Program-made: the position numbers and the translations under genes
The notes under the pieces: model-generated
What the model was told of the DNA's origin: nothing
Databases searched by the model: none
Seen by the model: only the letters and a program-made list of their open reading frames with translations
Source: Oscillospiraceae bacterium
Lineage (GTDB): Bacteria > Bacillota > Clostridia > Oscillospirales > Oscillospiraceae
Length of the DNA: 64,000 nucleotides
Assembly: GCA_009777775.1 (NCBI GenBank)
Contig: WRLE01000017.1
Location: forward strand, 5,622-69,621
Reading direction: 5' to 3'
Part shown: positions 32,501-40,179 of the stretch, one piece after another
How positions within the stretch are numbered: position 1 is the first letter of the stretch
Layout: every line of letters starts with the position of its first letter

Positions 32501-34002
32501 CCTCATCAAGCTCAGTCAGCTTTGCCGACCAGTATAATCCCAGTGGAGTCTTTGTGATGCCCAGCTTTGATGTTAGCCTCACTGTGAATTGGCAAGCCAC
32601 ATCCCAGGAAGTTACATTCACAGCAAACGAAATTGGAGGAAGCAGCGGAAACACCAATAGCACAGGAATACGCCTTAACTTCAGCCAATGGGTAACAGGA
32701 CTGACAGCAGGACATATCACAATAACCAATTCCAGGGGAGCCGTGGTGAAAGGCGAGCTAACAGGCTCAGGTAACACATATACCATTGCCCTATCAAATG
32801 TAACCGCCGAAGGGACAGTAAACGTGAGCATCGCCAACTTCGGCATATACGAAGTAACAAACACAGCCAGGCAGGTAACAGTCTATTGGAACAATACCAA
32901 TAGAAGACTAACGATGGGCAGCCAAAATGGAACATTGGCTTCTGGAACATGGGGAGAAGCCACTTTCAACGCAACAACGACGAACATCCCCACAGGAAGC
33001 ACCATAAGCCTTGACAATATCAACTATGTCTCGGGCATAACCCTCAATACGACACAAACCAGCGGGAACAGCACCAGCGTTGCCATATCAATATCAAGCT
33101 CCACACCAATAGGAGCTCACCCCCTGAGACTCATCATAGGAGATGTATCCTCTGATGTATTCTACCTAGCAGTGGGGAGCCAAAGTCAAAGCACTACTGG
33201 CACATACACATTGACAATTAGTGGAAGTTACGCCGCCCAAACGGGAGCAGGACGTTACTCCCCAGGTCAGATTGTCACAGTCCACGCTGGAAGCCGTAGT
33301 AATTATACTTTCTCAGGCTGGACAAGCAGCAGCGGTGTTTCTCTGGCAAATCGCAATAACGCAACGACAACATTCGTAATGCCCAGCCATAATGTGACAA
33401 TCACAGCCACTTGGAATATATCAGGCTCCACAGGCGGTGTTGGCGGCGGTACTGGAAGCGGTGTTGGCAGCGGCTCAGCATATGGCAGCAGCCCTTGGGC
33501 AACATCCATGATAGAACTGGCAATAGCCACAGGTCTAGTACCCACACAACTGAGAAGTAATTACACAGCGGACATCACCCGAGCCGAATTCAGCGCACTC
33601 GTGGTAACCTTATATGAAACCCTCAATGCTCGAGAAATAACGGAGCGAGCAGAGTTTAGCGATACCTCAGATGTCTATGTGCAGAAAGCAGCAGCCATGG
33701 GCTTTGTAAACGGAGTGGGAGGAAACAGATTCAACCCTGATGGACTTCTCACCAGAGAAGAAGCAGCGGTAATCATAGTCCGCCTAGCCACAGAACTGGG
33801 TTGGGATCTACCCCAGCGAGATATGCTCTTTGCAGACCATAGCCAAATCTCCATCTGGGCACTCACCGCAGTGGGTCAAGTCCACGCAGCCGGCATCATG
33901 AGCGGCGTAGCCGAAAACACCTTCGCCCCAAAATCCCAAGTAACCCGCGAACAAAGCATAGTCCTGATATTCAGAATGTACGACGGAAGAAGGTCGTACT
34001 GA
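26599..34002 (+). CDS. Giant (2467 aa) surface protein: GLUG-motif region, repeated two-domain modules, three InlB-B-repeat-containing modules, C-terminal SLH domains
   Basis: Signal peptide. GLUG-type motifs (GGICGENYGIIQECYNEGQVTG, GGIVGDNRYGGVVENCYNTGTIN, GGIVGYNYEGGLINRVYNIGEI). Four modules starting IDYIEEKL / INYEKETL / IDFINERL. Three roughly 280-aa modules, each ending in a B-repeat (YSFSGWTASGG...VTVTANW). SLH repeats at the C-terminus (FSDTSDVYVQKAAAMGFVNGVGGNRFNP). Confidence 0.9.
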   Translation: MTRTSIYKKILATLLLLCATIMLFLPIGNKTEASASPGFTNWIDIADTSWYDVPNASVPIGPENLTGSVSVVHQYYINSAEQLAGLARLVNNGTATFEGKIIYLTSNIYLADKQWTPIGTVARPFLGTFSGMYDDKVYAIYDLRIDPSATQNIHIGLFGVVGRPDAPSMPNRYDHPAIVEHVRLVDPFVYVTTGPPTVPTYSVGGVVGRNYGSILYSSVIARRTMQEVSGQNSRGVGGICGENYGIIQECYNEGQVTGFDGNSLSGAGGIVGDNRYGGVVENCYNTGTINSTRKSVGGIVGYNYEGGLINRVYNIGEITISGVDTGFGGICGTNDGKIDYAAYWYGDKDQRLGGQPIDEGSTSMRKQGVGGGIGTYNGVNRINGTAINNLSSYPGFIFTPTAPDTWSFVTSPGPDDYPMLVNVPEIPDTTINTINIYLTPPRTSEPPSIAVTSNTKGIEVVDVNWLGVVGNSFAATNYTVEVTINAKSLFVFNTALTSSTVYINGASATVVSNTADTVVLSRSYVTGSGDLAIPQNRQPANRTLMENTGTIISVEHSTTSLHDVYYQWYRNDDGIPIPIGGPILNNYSLPITAASLPLSGSPYIYYCEISQLAPNEIIQSREVIITVLPYQVSGQFLDPWDRNFSFATYASNPWAWDFSSATYGYEAQRPRNIRASNTTRTIVPTLTYVITGDDQMFERPVPPSLWGIPRGGNTSFTIAPALGLPVGRYFATVTLVEISKSINLSFEVLPKIQDTPKIQIDYIEEKLIGFNPDETYTISISGVPIVGFANFTGISEIDLFDLIGAWTTDIDLEIVMKGETVIFPAIANIWDSAAQLLTIPKRPAPPTGLTGIMPDRIAGKDGKILGTTDQMEYSLDPPGADTWIACTNVETLNVIPDDNYHVRYRANPDPDGNFRSLSATPLLKVPQRPGPLEATPSSLINYEKETLYNLVPTAEYMINGEAVVFNADGEVDIKEAWFDTTIELIKVGTGNWQTTGDSHPQMVWIKARQATPLATDVIGVPPATIAGTIGEITGMEAGMEFKSKDEDLEVIIDGGSPILADDWMDYIDPSMVEGEIGPYLVRRKASNTLSIFASLPLEVAIPRQDGSPEPTPLAMIDFINERLINLDFGAAYRINYASQSLIASGVAGSGWLAINEAWMGTQISIIKRGDGSTSIDSDSQFLRIPARPAAPNITAEAPSVYAGLGQLLSTDTTMEYKLSSGPDVWTVCQFPETDLLPGDYEVRIRAVGGINGNFKSNPTLITIPEWTADPEPTPEVIIDYIEEKLTNFEDTASYTIKINDVEQLVGGSTVFTNLTELVIDPTWMDEIIHIIRKGDGVLTRDSDPQILSLERPEAPTNLVGVPPTSAGMSARISGTTGAMEYRAYVDPQPSPPIPWVTCSNQTTFVGPPGTYEVRIRAVAGPNGNFAGKSAHVTVTDITVPPESITFEAVQVGGASGVADSTGIEITFNRSITGLGLTADDIVIVNDTGAVVKGSLSGSGRVYTIALSNVVAEGDVHVSIKNLGAFTVTGLPSNPVHVRVYKNTSGMSIVVGAQNGLLRTGIAGSVRYTVTTTGIPVGSAISLMNLNSVTGITMDTAVTVGNTTYITIRTTATTPPGTHPLRLSIYGIRSNVFHLVIDPSQGVTPPLTTYTVTVTGSAATSTGAGIYSPGEAVSISAGIRDGYSFSGWTASGGVAGGLEFEDPNSPTTIFLMPNGNVTVTANWGVAITDHVIYTAEQIGGVSGNLNSTAIRLVFDRPVTGLTASHINITNGSGSATKGTLSGSGNTYTLALTNVTTQGTVSISIANFGSYAVSNNPQIVQVFRDASGRRIQVGAQNGYLEEGTFGYVTYTVTTENIANGSFIQLNNLDNHPGITLDSAYTTGNSTIITIRTTNGTLRGQHPLSLTINGLTSNNFELTVGRPGSSGTASTYTVSISGSYASGTGSGRYSPGSLVTVQAGTRANYSFNGWTSSSSVSFADQYNPSGVFVMPSFDVSLTVNWQATSQEVTFTANEIGGSSGNTNSTGIRLNFSQWVTGLTAGHITITNSRGAVVKGELTGSGNTYTIALSNVTAEGTVNVSIANFGIYEVTNTARQVTVYWNNTNRRLTMGSQNGTLASGTWGEATFNATTTNIPTGSTISLDNINYVSGITLNTTQTSGNSTSVAISISSSTPIGAHPLRLIIGDVSSDVFYLAVGSQSQSTTGTYTLTISGSYAAQTGAGRYSPGQIVTVHAGSRSNYTFSGWTSSSGVSLANRNNATTTFVMPSHNVTITATWNISGSTGGVGGGTGSGVGSGSAYGSSPWATSMIELAIATGLVPTQLRSNYTADITRAEFSALVVTLYETLNAREITERAEFSDTSDVYVQKAAAMGFVNGVGGNRFNPDGLLTREEAAVIIVRLATELGWDLPQRDMLFADHSQISIWALTAVGQVHAAGIMSGVAENTFAPKSQVTREQSIVLIFRMYDGRRSY

Positions 34003-34005
34003 ATT

Positions 34006-34033
34006 AGGAGTGAGGAGTTAGGAGTGAGGAGTT
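34006..34033. repeat. Four tandem heptamers AGGAGTG AGGAGTT AGGAGTG AGGAGTT, starting 3 nt after the stop codon
   Basis: Exact reverse complement of units in the 26471-26580 array; 27 of 28 nt are complementary to 26506-26533. Confidence 0.95.
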
Positions 34034-34047
34034 AGAAACTAAATATC

Positions 34048-34077
34048 ATTAATTCCCCTCCTTTGAGGGGAATTAAT
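34048..34077 (+). terminator. Hairpin terminator (13-bp perfect stem ATTAATTCCCCTC / GAGGGGAATTAAT, loop CTTT)
   Basis: Read directly, downstream of the 26599-34002 gene. The T-tract after the stem is weak (CCATTTATCTT). Confidence 0.6.
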
Positions 34078-34086
34078 CCATTTATC

Positions 34087-34115
34087 TTGACGAAATAATG
34101 TAAACAACGTATACT
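34087..34115 (+). promoter_or_regulatory. Predicted sigma-A promoter of the glycan operon (TTGACG, 17-nt spacer, TATACT)
   Basis: TTGACG at 34087-34092, a 17-nt spacer, TATACT at 34110-34115; about 40 nt upstream of the GAGGA RBS and ATG 34154. Confidence 0.55.
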
Positions 34116-34153
34116 CTTTTTACATAACTCGCAGTCGAAAAGAGGAATCACCC

Positions 34154-35494
34154 ATGATACGAAAAATGGGCGACATATTGCTGTTTTTCGCAAAAACCCT
34201 ACTATTTTGTATAGTCCTGAGCATCTATTTCATCGGACAAATTATCTTTTACGAACATACGCTTTTCTATTATTGGGGCAACTATATAATTATTATTTTA
34301 TATGCTGCATACCTATACTTTCTATGCAGGATCTATCAAGCATTCATGATTGGAAGCTTAAACCCAACGGAAATAATCCTATCATGGATACTCTGCCTTG
34401 CAGTGACCAACACCCTCCAATACCTGATACTCAGCCTGGTGCAAAGTAGCCTTTTGTCAATTTTCGGTTTTCTCGCAGTGCTCACAGCGCAAATAATCAT
34501 CCTCATACCATTGACGCTGCTAATAGACAAGCTATACTACCACCTCAACCCTGTGCAAAAAGCCATCATAATATACGGAGATGGAGAAAAAGCTAATATT
34601 TTTCAGAAAATTGTGGAAAGAAACCATAAAAAGTTTGAAATATCCAATGTTATATCCCAAGACGAAGCAATAGAAACAATAAAAAGCATCATAGAAAGCT
34701 CCGACTGCGTGATATTTATGGAGATAAATGAAAAAAGCAGAAGTATCCTAATGGAGCATTGCTTTTTACACAATAAAAGATCATACATCATGCCAGCATT
34801 TTCCGATATCATGATAAATACAGCGGAAATAGCATGGATATCAGACATCCCGCTATATCTGCCAAAAAGCTCCGAACCAGACATGGGAACGAGATTCATG
34901 AAACGCTGCATGGACATTTTTATATCCCTCTTTGCCATTGTGCTACTGAGCCCAATCATGCTCATCACATGGCTACTCATCGTTCTTTATGACAGACAAA
35001 AGGGCATCTATAAGCAAGTTCGGGTAACCAAAGGTGGAAAACTCTTCACTTTATACAAATTTCGCTCCATGCGCACAGATGCAGAAGACGATGGCATCCC
35101 CAGGCTCACCACAAAGGACGATGACAGAATCACCCCCATAGGCAGATTCATACGCAAAACAAGAATAGACGAACTCCCCCAGCTTTTCAACGTCTTAGCG
35201 GGAAGCATGTCCCTGGTTGGTCCCCGCCCCGAACGACCGGAAATCGCAAAACAATACGAGGAAATTTACCCCAACTTTTCCCTGAGAACAAAGGTGAAAG
35301 CAGGCTTAACAGGCTTTGCTCAAATCCACGGCAGATACAACACAGCCCCCGATGAAAAGCTGCTCATGGACATAATGTATATAGAACGATTCACAATTTG
35401 GCAAGACTGCAGACTGATATTACAAACCTTAAAAGTCCTATTCAAACCCTCCAGCACAGAAGGCGTTGACAAAGACAAGGAAACGGCGTTGTGA
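34154..35494 (+). CDS. Polyprenyl-phosphate hexose-1-phosphate transferase (WbaP/WsaP/CpsE family initiating enzyme)
   Basis: N-terminal multi-TM block, a central soluble domain, and a C-terminal bacterial sugar transferase domain (KRCMDIFISLFAIVLLSPIMLI, YKFRSMR, DELPQLFNVLAGSMSLVGPRPERP, GLTGFAQI). Confidence 0.9.
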   Translation: MIRKMGDILLFFAKTLLFCIVLSIYFIGQIIFYEHTLFYYWGNYIIIILYAAYLYFLCRIYQAFMIGSLNPTEIILSWILCLAVTNTLQYLILSLVQSSLLSIFGFLAVLTAQIIILIPLTLLIDKLYYHLNPVQKAIIIYGDGEKANIFQKIVERNHKKFEISNVISQDEAIETIKSIIESSDCVIFMEINEKSRSILMEHCFLHNKRSYIMPAFSDIMINTAEIAWISDIPLYLPKSSEPDMGTRFMKRCMDIFISLFAIVLLSPIMLITWLLIVLYDRQKGIYKQVRVTKGGKLFTLYKFRSMRTDAEDDGIPRLTTKDDDRITPIGRFIRKTRIDELPQLFNVLAGSMSLVGPRPERPEIAKQYEEIYPNFSLRTKVKAGLTGFAQIHGRYNTAPDEKLLMDIMYIERFTIWQDCRLILQTLKVLFKPSSTEGVDKDKETAL

Positions 35495-35497
35495 ATT

Positions 35498-35525
35498 AGG
35501 AATGAGGAGTTAGGAGTTAGGAATG
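35498..35525. repeat. Four tandem heptamers AGGAATG AGGAGTT AGGAGTT AGGAATG; stacked SD sequences, with the last ATG being the start codon of the next gene
   Basis: Read directly. It begins 3 nt after the TGA stop of the WbaP-like gene, in the same TGAATT context as at 34000. Confidence 0.9.
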
Positions 35526-37124
35526 GCGAAAAGAACAACTACTGACCTTTCTGAGCGTAGAATGGTTGCGATGTACTCCCAGGTGGATAAATGGCAAAAC
35601 AGATTAGCAGCAACGCTAGTCTTTATGATATTTTGCCTCCAACCCCTCTACCTAAACAGCGACCGTTATTTTCGTCTAACCTGGCATAAATTCGTATTTT
35701 TCATCGTTTATATGATAATTGTCCTCATCGCCGTTGCTGTCATATGGCTGAGTAGAATTTTCAACAAACCAAGACTAGTCATTAGAGAAAAACCAAACCT
35801 AGCAGAATGGGCTATACTTGCCTTTGGGCTACTAGCCATAATATCCGCCATCATATCACCATATAAAAAAATGATAGACATAAGAGGTCTACCAGTGGAT
35901 TGGAAAATCGGACTAAACGAACGATATGACGGCATTGTTACCCAACTTATGTATATAGCCATATTTTTCATCGTCGGACGCTGGTATAAACCCAGTGAAA
36001 AACAATTCATCTTCTTTGGTATAGCAGCAATTATAGTCGCCGGAATCGGAATCCTACAATTTTATGGAATGGACTTTCTAAAACTCTGGCCCAATCACAT
36101 CCCCGAATACCATAAAGAAAACTACTATGACTTGGTATTTCGCTCCACGCTGGGAAACACAAATATCGTATCCACATATGTCTGCGCCGCAGTAATATTA
36201 TGCGGATTTTTATATATAAAATCGAACAGTAATTGGAAATACCTCTGGCTAGCAGCCAGTAGCCTGAACTTCTGGCTCATGGACTTGGCAGATGCCGATT
36301 CTGGGCGAGTGGGTGTACTGGCAGCTATGATATTCATGATACCATATATCATCGAAAGCACAAAAACCATGGGAAAAACCCTTACCCTGGCAGCCTCGTG
36401 GATAAGCCTGTACTCCCTCCAGAAGCTTCTCTTTGACGTGAATATAATACACATTAAGACAGTAAACAGTCTACTCCCCTTTGCCATTGCGATTGTGGTA
36501 ATGGCAGCAGCGGGGATTCTCCTTGACATAAAGGGTAAAGAGCGAGATAAAGACGCTGCTCCCAGATGGAAAATCGGACTTGCACTAATTGTGCTGATAA
36601 TATTAGCAGGACTAGGTGGGGCAGAAATTCTAGGTCGCCGCCCAGCGGATGACCCTAACCCAGGCGGCATCATATACGAAGTACGAGAAATCCTCCACGG
36701 TAATATTAAAGATGAATTTGGCACAAACCGTATATTCGTATGGCGACAGGCAATGTCCATATATTCACAAAACCCAATATTTGGATCAGGACCCGACACC
36801 TTCCTCTTCGTCTTCCCCATCGAAGCACAGTGGACATACGACGAACCCTATGACAAAGCACACAACGAATACCTCCAACTGCTCATATGCCAAGGCATAC
36901 TCGGTTTACTGAGCTATTTATTCTTCATTATCACCGTAGCAATCAAAGCGATACCCAAAGCATTCAAAAACCCACTTTTAACAGTCGTTCTAGCAGCATT
37001 CATAGGCTATCTCACCCAAGGATTCTTCAACATAAGTCTACCCATAACTAGCCAGCTCCTATGGGTCTTCGCAGGAATGCTAGTTAATAAAAATGTATGG
37101 GCTTCCGATTCAATAAGTGAATGA
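35523..37124 (+). CDS. O-antigen ligase / Wzy_C family polytopic membrane protein (candidate WaaL- or WsaB-like glycan transferase)
   Basis: About 12 predicted TM segments and a large loop carrying RIFVWRQA...GSGPDTF...AHNEYLQLL, characteristic of the Wzy_C/O-antigen ligase family. Confidence 0.8.
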   Translation: MAKRTTTDLSERRMVAMYSQVDKWQNRLAATLVFMIFCLQPLYLNSDRYFRLTWHKFVFFIVYMIIVLIAVAVIWLSRIFNKPRLVIREKPNLAEWAILAFGLLAIISAIISPYKKMIDIRGLPVDWKIGLNERYDGIVTQLMYIAIFFIVGRWYKPSEKQFIFFGIAAIIVAGIGILQFYGMDFLKLWPNHIPEYHKENYYDLVFRSTLGNTNIVSTYVCAAVILCGFLYIKSNSNWKYLWLAASSLNFWLMDLADADSGRVGVLAAMIFMIPYIIESTKTMGKTLTLAASWISLYSLQKLLFDVNIIHIKTVNSLLPFAIAIVVMAAAGILLDIKGKERDKDAAPRWKIGLALIVLIILAGLGGAEILGRRPADDPNPGGIIYEVREILHGNIKDEFGTNRIFVWRQAMSIYSQNPIFGSGPDTFLFVFPIEAQWTYDEPYDKAHNEYLQLLICQGILGLLSYLFFIITVAIKAIPKAFKNPLLTVVLAAFIGYLTQGFFNISLPITSQLLWVFAGMLVNKNVWASDSISE

Positions 37125-37249
37125 CATTCGTGGTGTCCAGCAACGGACAACTAATGTACAAATAACTAATTTTATATCTATCCTTGCTTTTCAACATAAT
37201 TCTCATTATACTATTAGTAATACACAGCAGTAAAAGTAATACAGGGGAT

Positions 37250-38296
37250 ATGAAAATGAACGAAGCAGCGAGCAACAACAGCAGCTACCTCATTAGCATA
37301 ATAATACCCGTATACAATTCTGAGAGTTTCCTTTCCTCCCGATTGGAGCAGCTGCTGAAAAATAACTTGGAAAACATACAAATAATCATCATTAACGATG
37401 GCAGCACAGATAAATCTTTGGAAATATGCAAACAATATTTCGACAAAAACCCCCATGCCATCATCATAAACCAAGAAAACCAAGGACTATCCGCCGCTCG
37501 CAACACAGGAATCGATACAGCCAGCGGACAATATATAGTCTTTCTCGACAGCGATGACATACTAATCACTAAAGGATTCGATGAAATCCGAAAACACCTG
37601 GAAAATGATAAACCAGACGTATTAATGGGAAAATACGTCATAATGCAGGAAAAGGGTAGACGAATCTTACCAAAATACACATTCCCGAAAATCAAAAGCG
37701 CCGACGAAGCCAGACTAGCCATCTACTCCCGCATCCACGATAGCGTGTGGTATGTCTGGCGATATATATCAAGACGCGAATTTCTCTTGGAAAATGAACT
37801 ATACTTCGTGCGCGGAATCGTCTGCGAAGATATGGAATGGACTCCAAGACTACTAACAGCCGCGAAAACTATTACCTTTGTCGATGAACCCTTTTACGGC
37901 TACTATTACAAAAGGGTGGGAAGCGTTACCCAAACAGCTGCTGTACGTAGACTCAGAGATGTAAATGCGCTGGTGGCAGCGGATGTGGACGCATATATCG
38001 ATGAATTTCATGGAAAAGCTTTAATAAATCGTTTAATAAAAGAATCATTCTTCAGCATCAGCAGATATTGCCTCTGCGGGCCAGACAACAGAAAAGCCCT
38101 ACTACCAGTCATCAACGAGGCAATTAGGACTTATAGATATTCATCATCGATTATTATAAGATTCTTTGCATTTATACGAAACTTTCTACCACTATTTATC
38201 TGTTCGGTATTGCTAACGATAGTAAGGCTAGTATTAGGCACAATAAACCGCCTACTAGGACCCCTCTCGGTGAAACACCGCGCATGGGAGTATTAA
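37250..38296 (+). CDS. Family 2 glycosyltransferase
   Basis: ISIIIPVYNSESFL, NDGSTD, RNTGIDTASGQYIVFLDSDD (the DxD motif). The start was set at ATG 37250 (MKMNEAAS); the ORF track starts at TTG 37184. Confidence 0.85.
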   Translation: MKMNEAASNNSSYLISIIIPVYNSESFLSSRLEQLLKNNLENIQIIIINDGSTDKSLEICKQYFDKNPHAIIINQENQGLSAARNTGIDTASGQYIVFLDSDDILITKGFDEIRKHLENDKPDVLMGKYVIMQEKGRRILPKYTFPKIKSADEARLAIYSRIHDSVWYVWRYISRREFLLENELYFVRGIVCEDMEWTPRLLTAAKTITFVDEPFYGYYYKRVGSVTQTAAVRRLRDVNALVAADVDAYIDEFHGKALINRLIKESFFSISRYCLCGPDNRKALLPVINEAIRTYRYSSSIIIRFFAFIRNFLPLFICSVLLTIVRLVLGTINRLLGPLSVKHRAWEY

Positions 38297-38298
38297 TT

Positions 38299-38452
38299 AT
38301 AGCTCGCTGAAACGCAGCCTAAAACACCTTTCACAGCGAGGTATAATACTATATTTTTCCGATAAACCCTTGTATTACTTACAAATATCATGTACAATAA
38401 CATTATATCTCGCTGAATAAATACAACTAGCAGCTTTCGCAGCGAGCTATAA
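38299..38452. repeat. Two imperfect palindromic elements built on ATAGCTCGCTGAAA and its complement
   Basis: TATAGCTCGCTGAAA (38298-38312) pairs with TTTCACAGCGAGGTATA (38329-38345). TATATCTCGCTGAATAAA (38404-38420) pairs with CTTTCGCAGCGAGCTATAA (38434-38452). The 14-mer recurs at 39915-39928. Confidence 0.7.
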
Positions 38453-38476
38453 TTAAACAACAAAGGGTTGAAAAAA

Positions 38477-39910
38477 ATGGAAATAATCGGTAGAGAACGA
38501 GAGCGGGAAATATTGCGACGATGCGAAAACTCGGACAAACCTGAGTTTGTAGCCATATACGGACGACGCAGAGTTGGGAAGACCTATCTTGTTGTAGAGC
38601 ATTTTCATAATAAGTTTACATTTTCCGTTACAGGAGTTTCTGATGGAAAAACAAAGGATCAGCTTCGCGTGTTTCACAGCGCGCTAAAAAAACACTTCCA
38701 ATCTGACATTCCAGAGCCAAAAAACTGGTTTGACGCATTCATCTTGTTGGAAGAGCAACTCGAAAAAGACATTACCCTTGCTCGAAAAGTATTGTTCATT
38801 GACGAAATGCCATGGCTCGATACACCAAAATCGAATTTTTTACCCGCTTTAGAACACTTCTGGAACTCCTATGCATCTAGGAGAAAAGATATCCTCCTTA
38901 TTGTTTGCGGATCAGCCGCTTCATGGATAATAAAGAATTTGATGAACAGTTACGGAGGTCTACATAATAGGTTAACAGAAAATATAGTTGTTGAACCATA
39001 TTATTTATACGAATGCGAAGCATTCTATAGAAGCCGCGGAATCGCTATGACTAGGCACCAAATGGCTGAGGCTTATATGATACTTGGAGGTATTCCATTC
39101 TATATGGATGCAATGAATAAAATGTATGGGCTAAACCAAAATATAGATATGCTTTTATTTGAAAACAACGCAAAATTAGAAAACGAATTCAACCGCTTAT
39201 ATAATTCCCTATTCCGTCACGCAGATAACCATATAAGCATTGCTAAAACGCTCGCAAAAAATAACACAGGAATGACTCGAAAGGAATTATCCCAAGCCAG
39301 TGGAGTTTCTGACGGTGGCGGCTTGACCAAAGTGTTAGAGGAAATGGTTGCATGCGGTCTGATTGGTCGGAGTTTTGACATTTCGAAAAAGAGAAATGGC
39401 GATTACTACAAACTAGTCGATTTCTATACCCTATTCTATTTTAAATACATAGAAACGCAAAAGGGAAATGACCCACGATTCTGGACCAATTATTTATCGT
39501 ACCCAGCACATAGGACTTGGTGCGGTTACGCATTCGAAAGGCTTTCTATTGCTCACAGCCAACAAATCAAACAAAAACTAGGAATATCAGGGGTATTATC
39601 TGAAACATATGTTTTTAGGAGCATCGGACAAAGAGGAGTCTCCAGTGGAGCACAAATTGATTTGGTTATTGACCGTAAGGATGATGTAATAAATCTTTGT
39701 GAGTGCAAATTTACAGTCCAACCATACGAACTTACTGAAAAAGACCTCGCTGATTTCGAGCGAAAAAAGACAGTTTTTCTACAAGAAACCGCAACAAAAA
39801 AAGCAATCCACCTAACAATGATCACATCAAGCGGACTCGTCCACAATGCATATAGAAACGAAATTCAATCAGAAATTACATTAGACGATTTATTCCAGCC
39901 TTTGTTGTAA
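38477..39910 (+). CDS. AAA-type ATPase (Arch_ATPase/ATPase_2 plus DUF234-like C-terminus)
   Basis: EIIGREREREILRRCENSDKPEFVAIYGRRRVGKTYLV (Walker A), Walker B LFIDEMPWL, and a winged-helix-like, nuclease-like C-terminal part (IDLVIDRKDDVINLCECKF). ATG 38477 was preferred over TTG 38468. Confidence 0.75.
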   Translation: MEIIGREREREILRRCENSDKPEFVAIYGRRRVGKTYLVVEHFHNKFTFSVTGVSDGKTKDQLRVFHSALKKHFQSDIPEPKNWFDAFILLEEQLEKDITLARKVLFIDEMPWLDTPKSNFLPALEHFWNSYASRRKDILLIVCGSAASWIIKNLMNSYGGLHNRLTENIVVEPYYLYECEAFYRSRGIAMTRHQMAEAYMILGGIPFYMDAMNKMYGLNQNIDMLLFENNAKLENEFNRLYNSLFRHADNHISIAKTLAKNNTGMTRKELSQASGVSDGGGLTKVLEEMVACGLIGRSFDISKKRNGDYYKLVDFYTLFYFKYIETQKGNDPRFWTNYLSYPAHRTWCGYAFERLSIAHSQQIKQKLGISGVLSETYVFRSIGQRGVSSGAQIDLVIDRKDDVINLCECKFTVQPYELTEKDLADFERKKTVFLQETATKKAIHLTMITSSGLVHNAYRNEIQSEITLDDLFQPLL

Positions 39911-39914
39911 GCTC

Positions 39915-39928
39915 ATAGCTCGCTGAAA
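39915..39928. repeat. Third copy of ATAGCTCGCTGAAA, a direct repeat of 38299-38312
   Basis: Exact 14-mer read directly. Together with 38299-38312 it flanks the ATPase gene. Confidence 0.8.
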
Positions 39929-39929
39929 T

Positions 39930-40136
39930 ATGACTAAGTACACTTTCACAAAGACATCAGTTTTTTCACAGCTCAATAACCTAACTGATATTACAATGAT
40001 AGAAGAATATGCTGACATTTGTGGAATACCTGTAGATAGTCTTGAAGAAGGGAAGCTCGAGATTATGCTGGATATACTGCGAGGGTTTTTCGCTTCTATC
40101 CCCTATGAGCTCCACCTCAATGCGGAGGCTTCCTAA
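39930..40136 (+). pseudogene. Internal fragment of an AAA-ATPase_like/PDDEXK_9-type gene
   Basis: FTKTSVFSQLNNLTDITMIEEYADICGIPVDSLEE and FFASIPYELH resemble the middle of the PF09820-type ATPases common in gut anaerobes. It is only 68 aa and has no ATPase N-terminus. Confidence 0.5.
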
Positions 40137-40179
40137 GCAGAGACGAAATTGAAATGGTTGTTGAATAATTAGGTATAAA

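Noticed and set aside
36125-36820. 231-aa minus-strand ORF
   Set aside because: It is antisense to the Wzy_C ligase-like gene, which has a coherent TM topology and family motifs. The ORF has no RBS and an odd Arg/Ser/Pro-rich composition.
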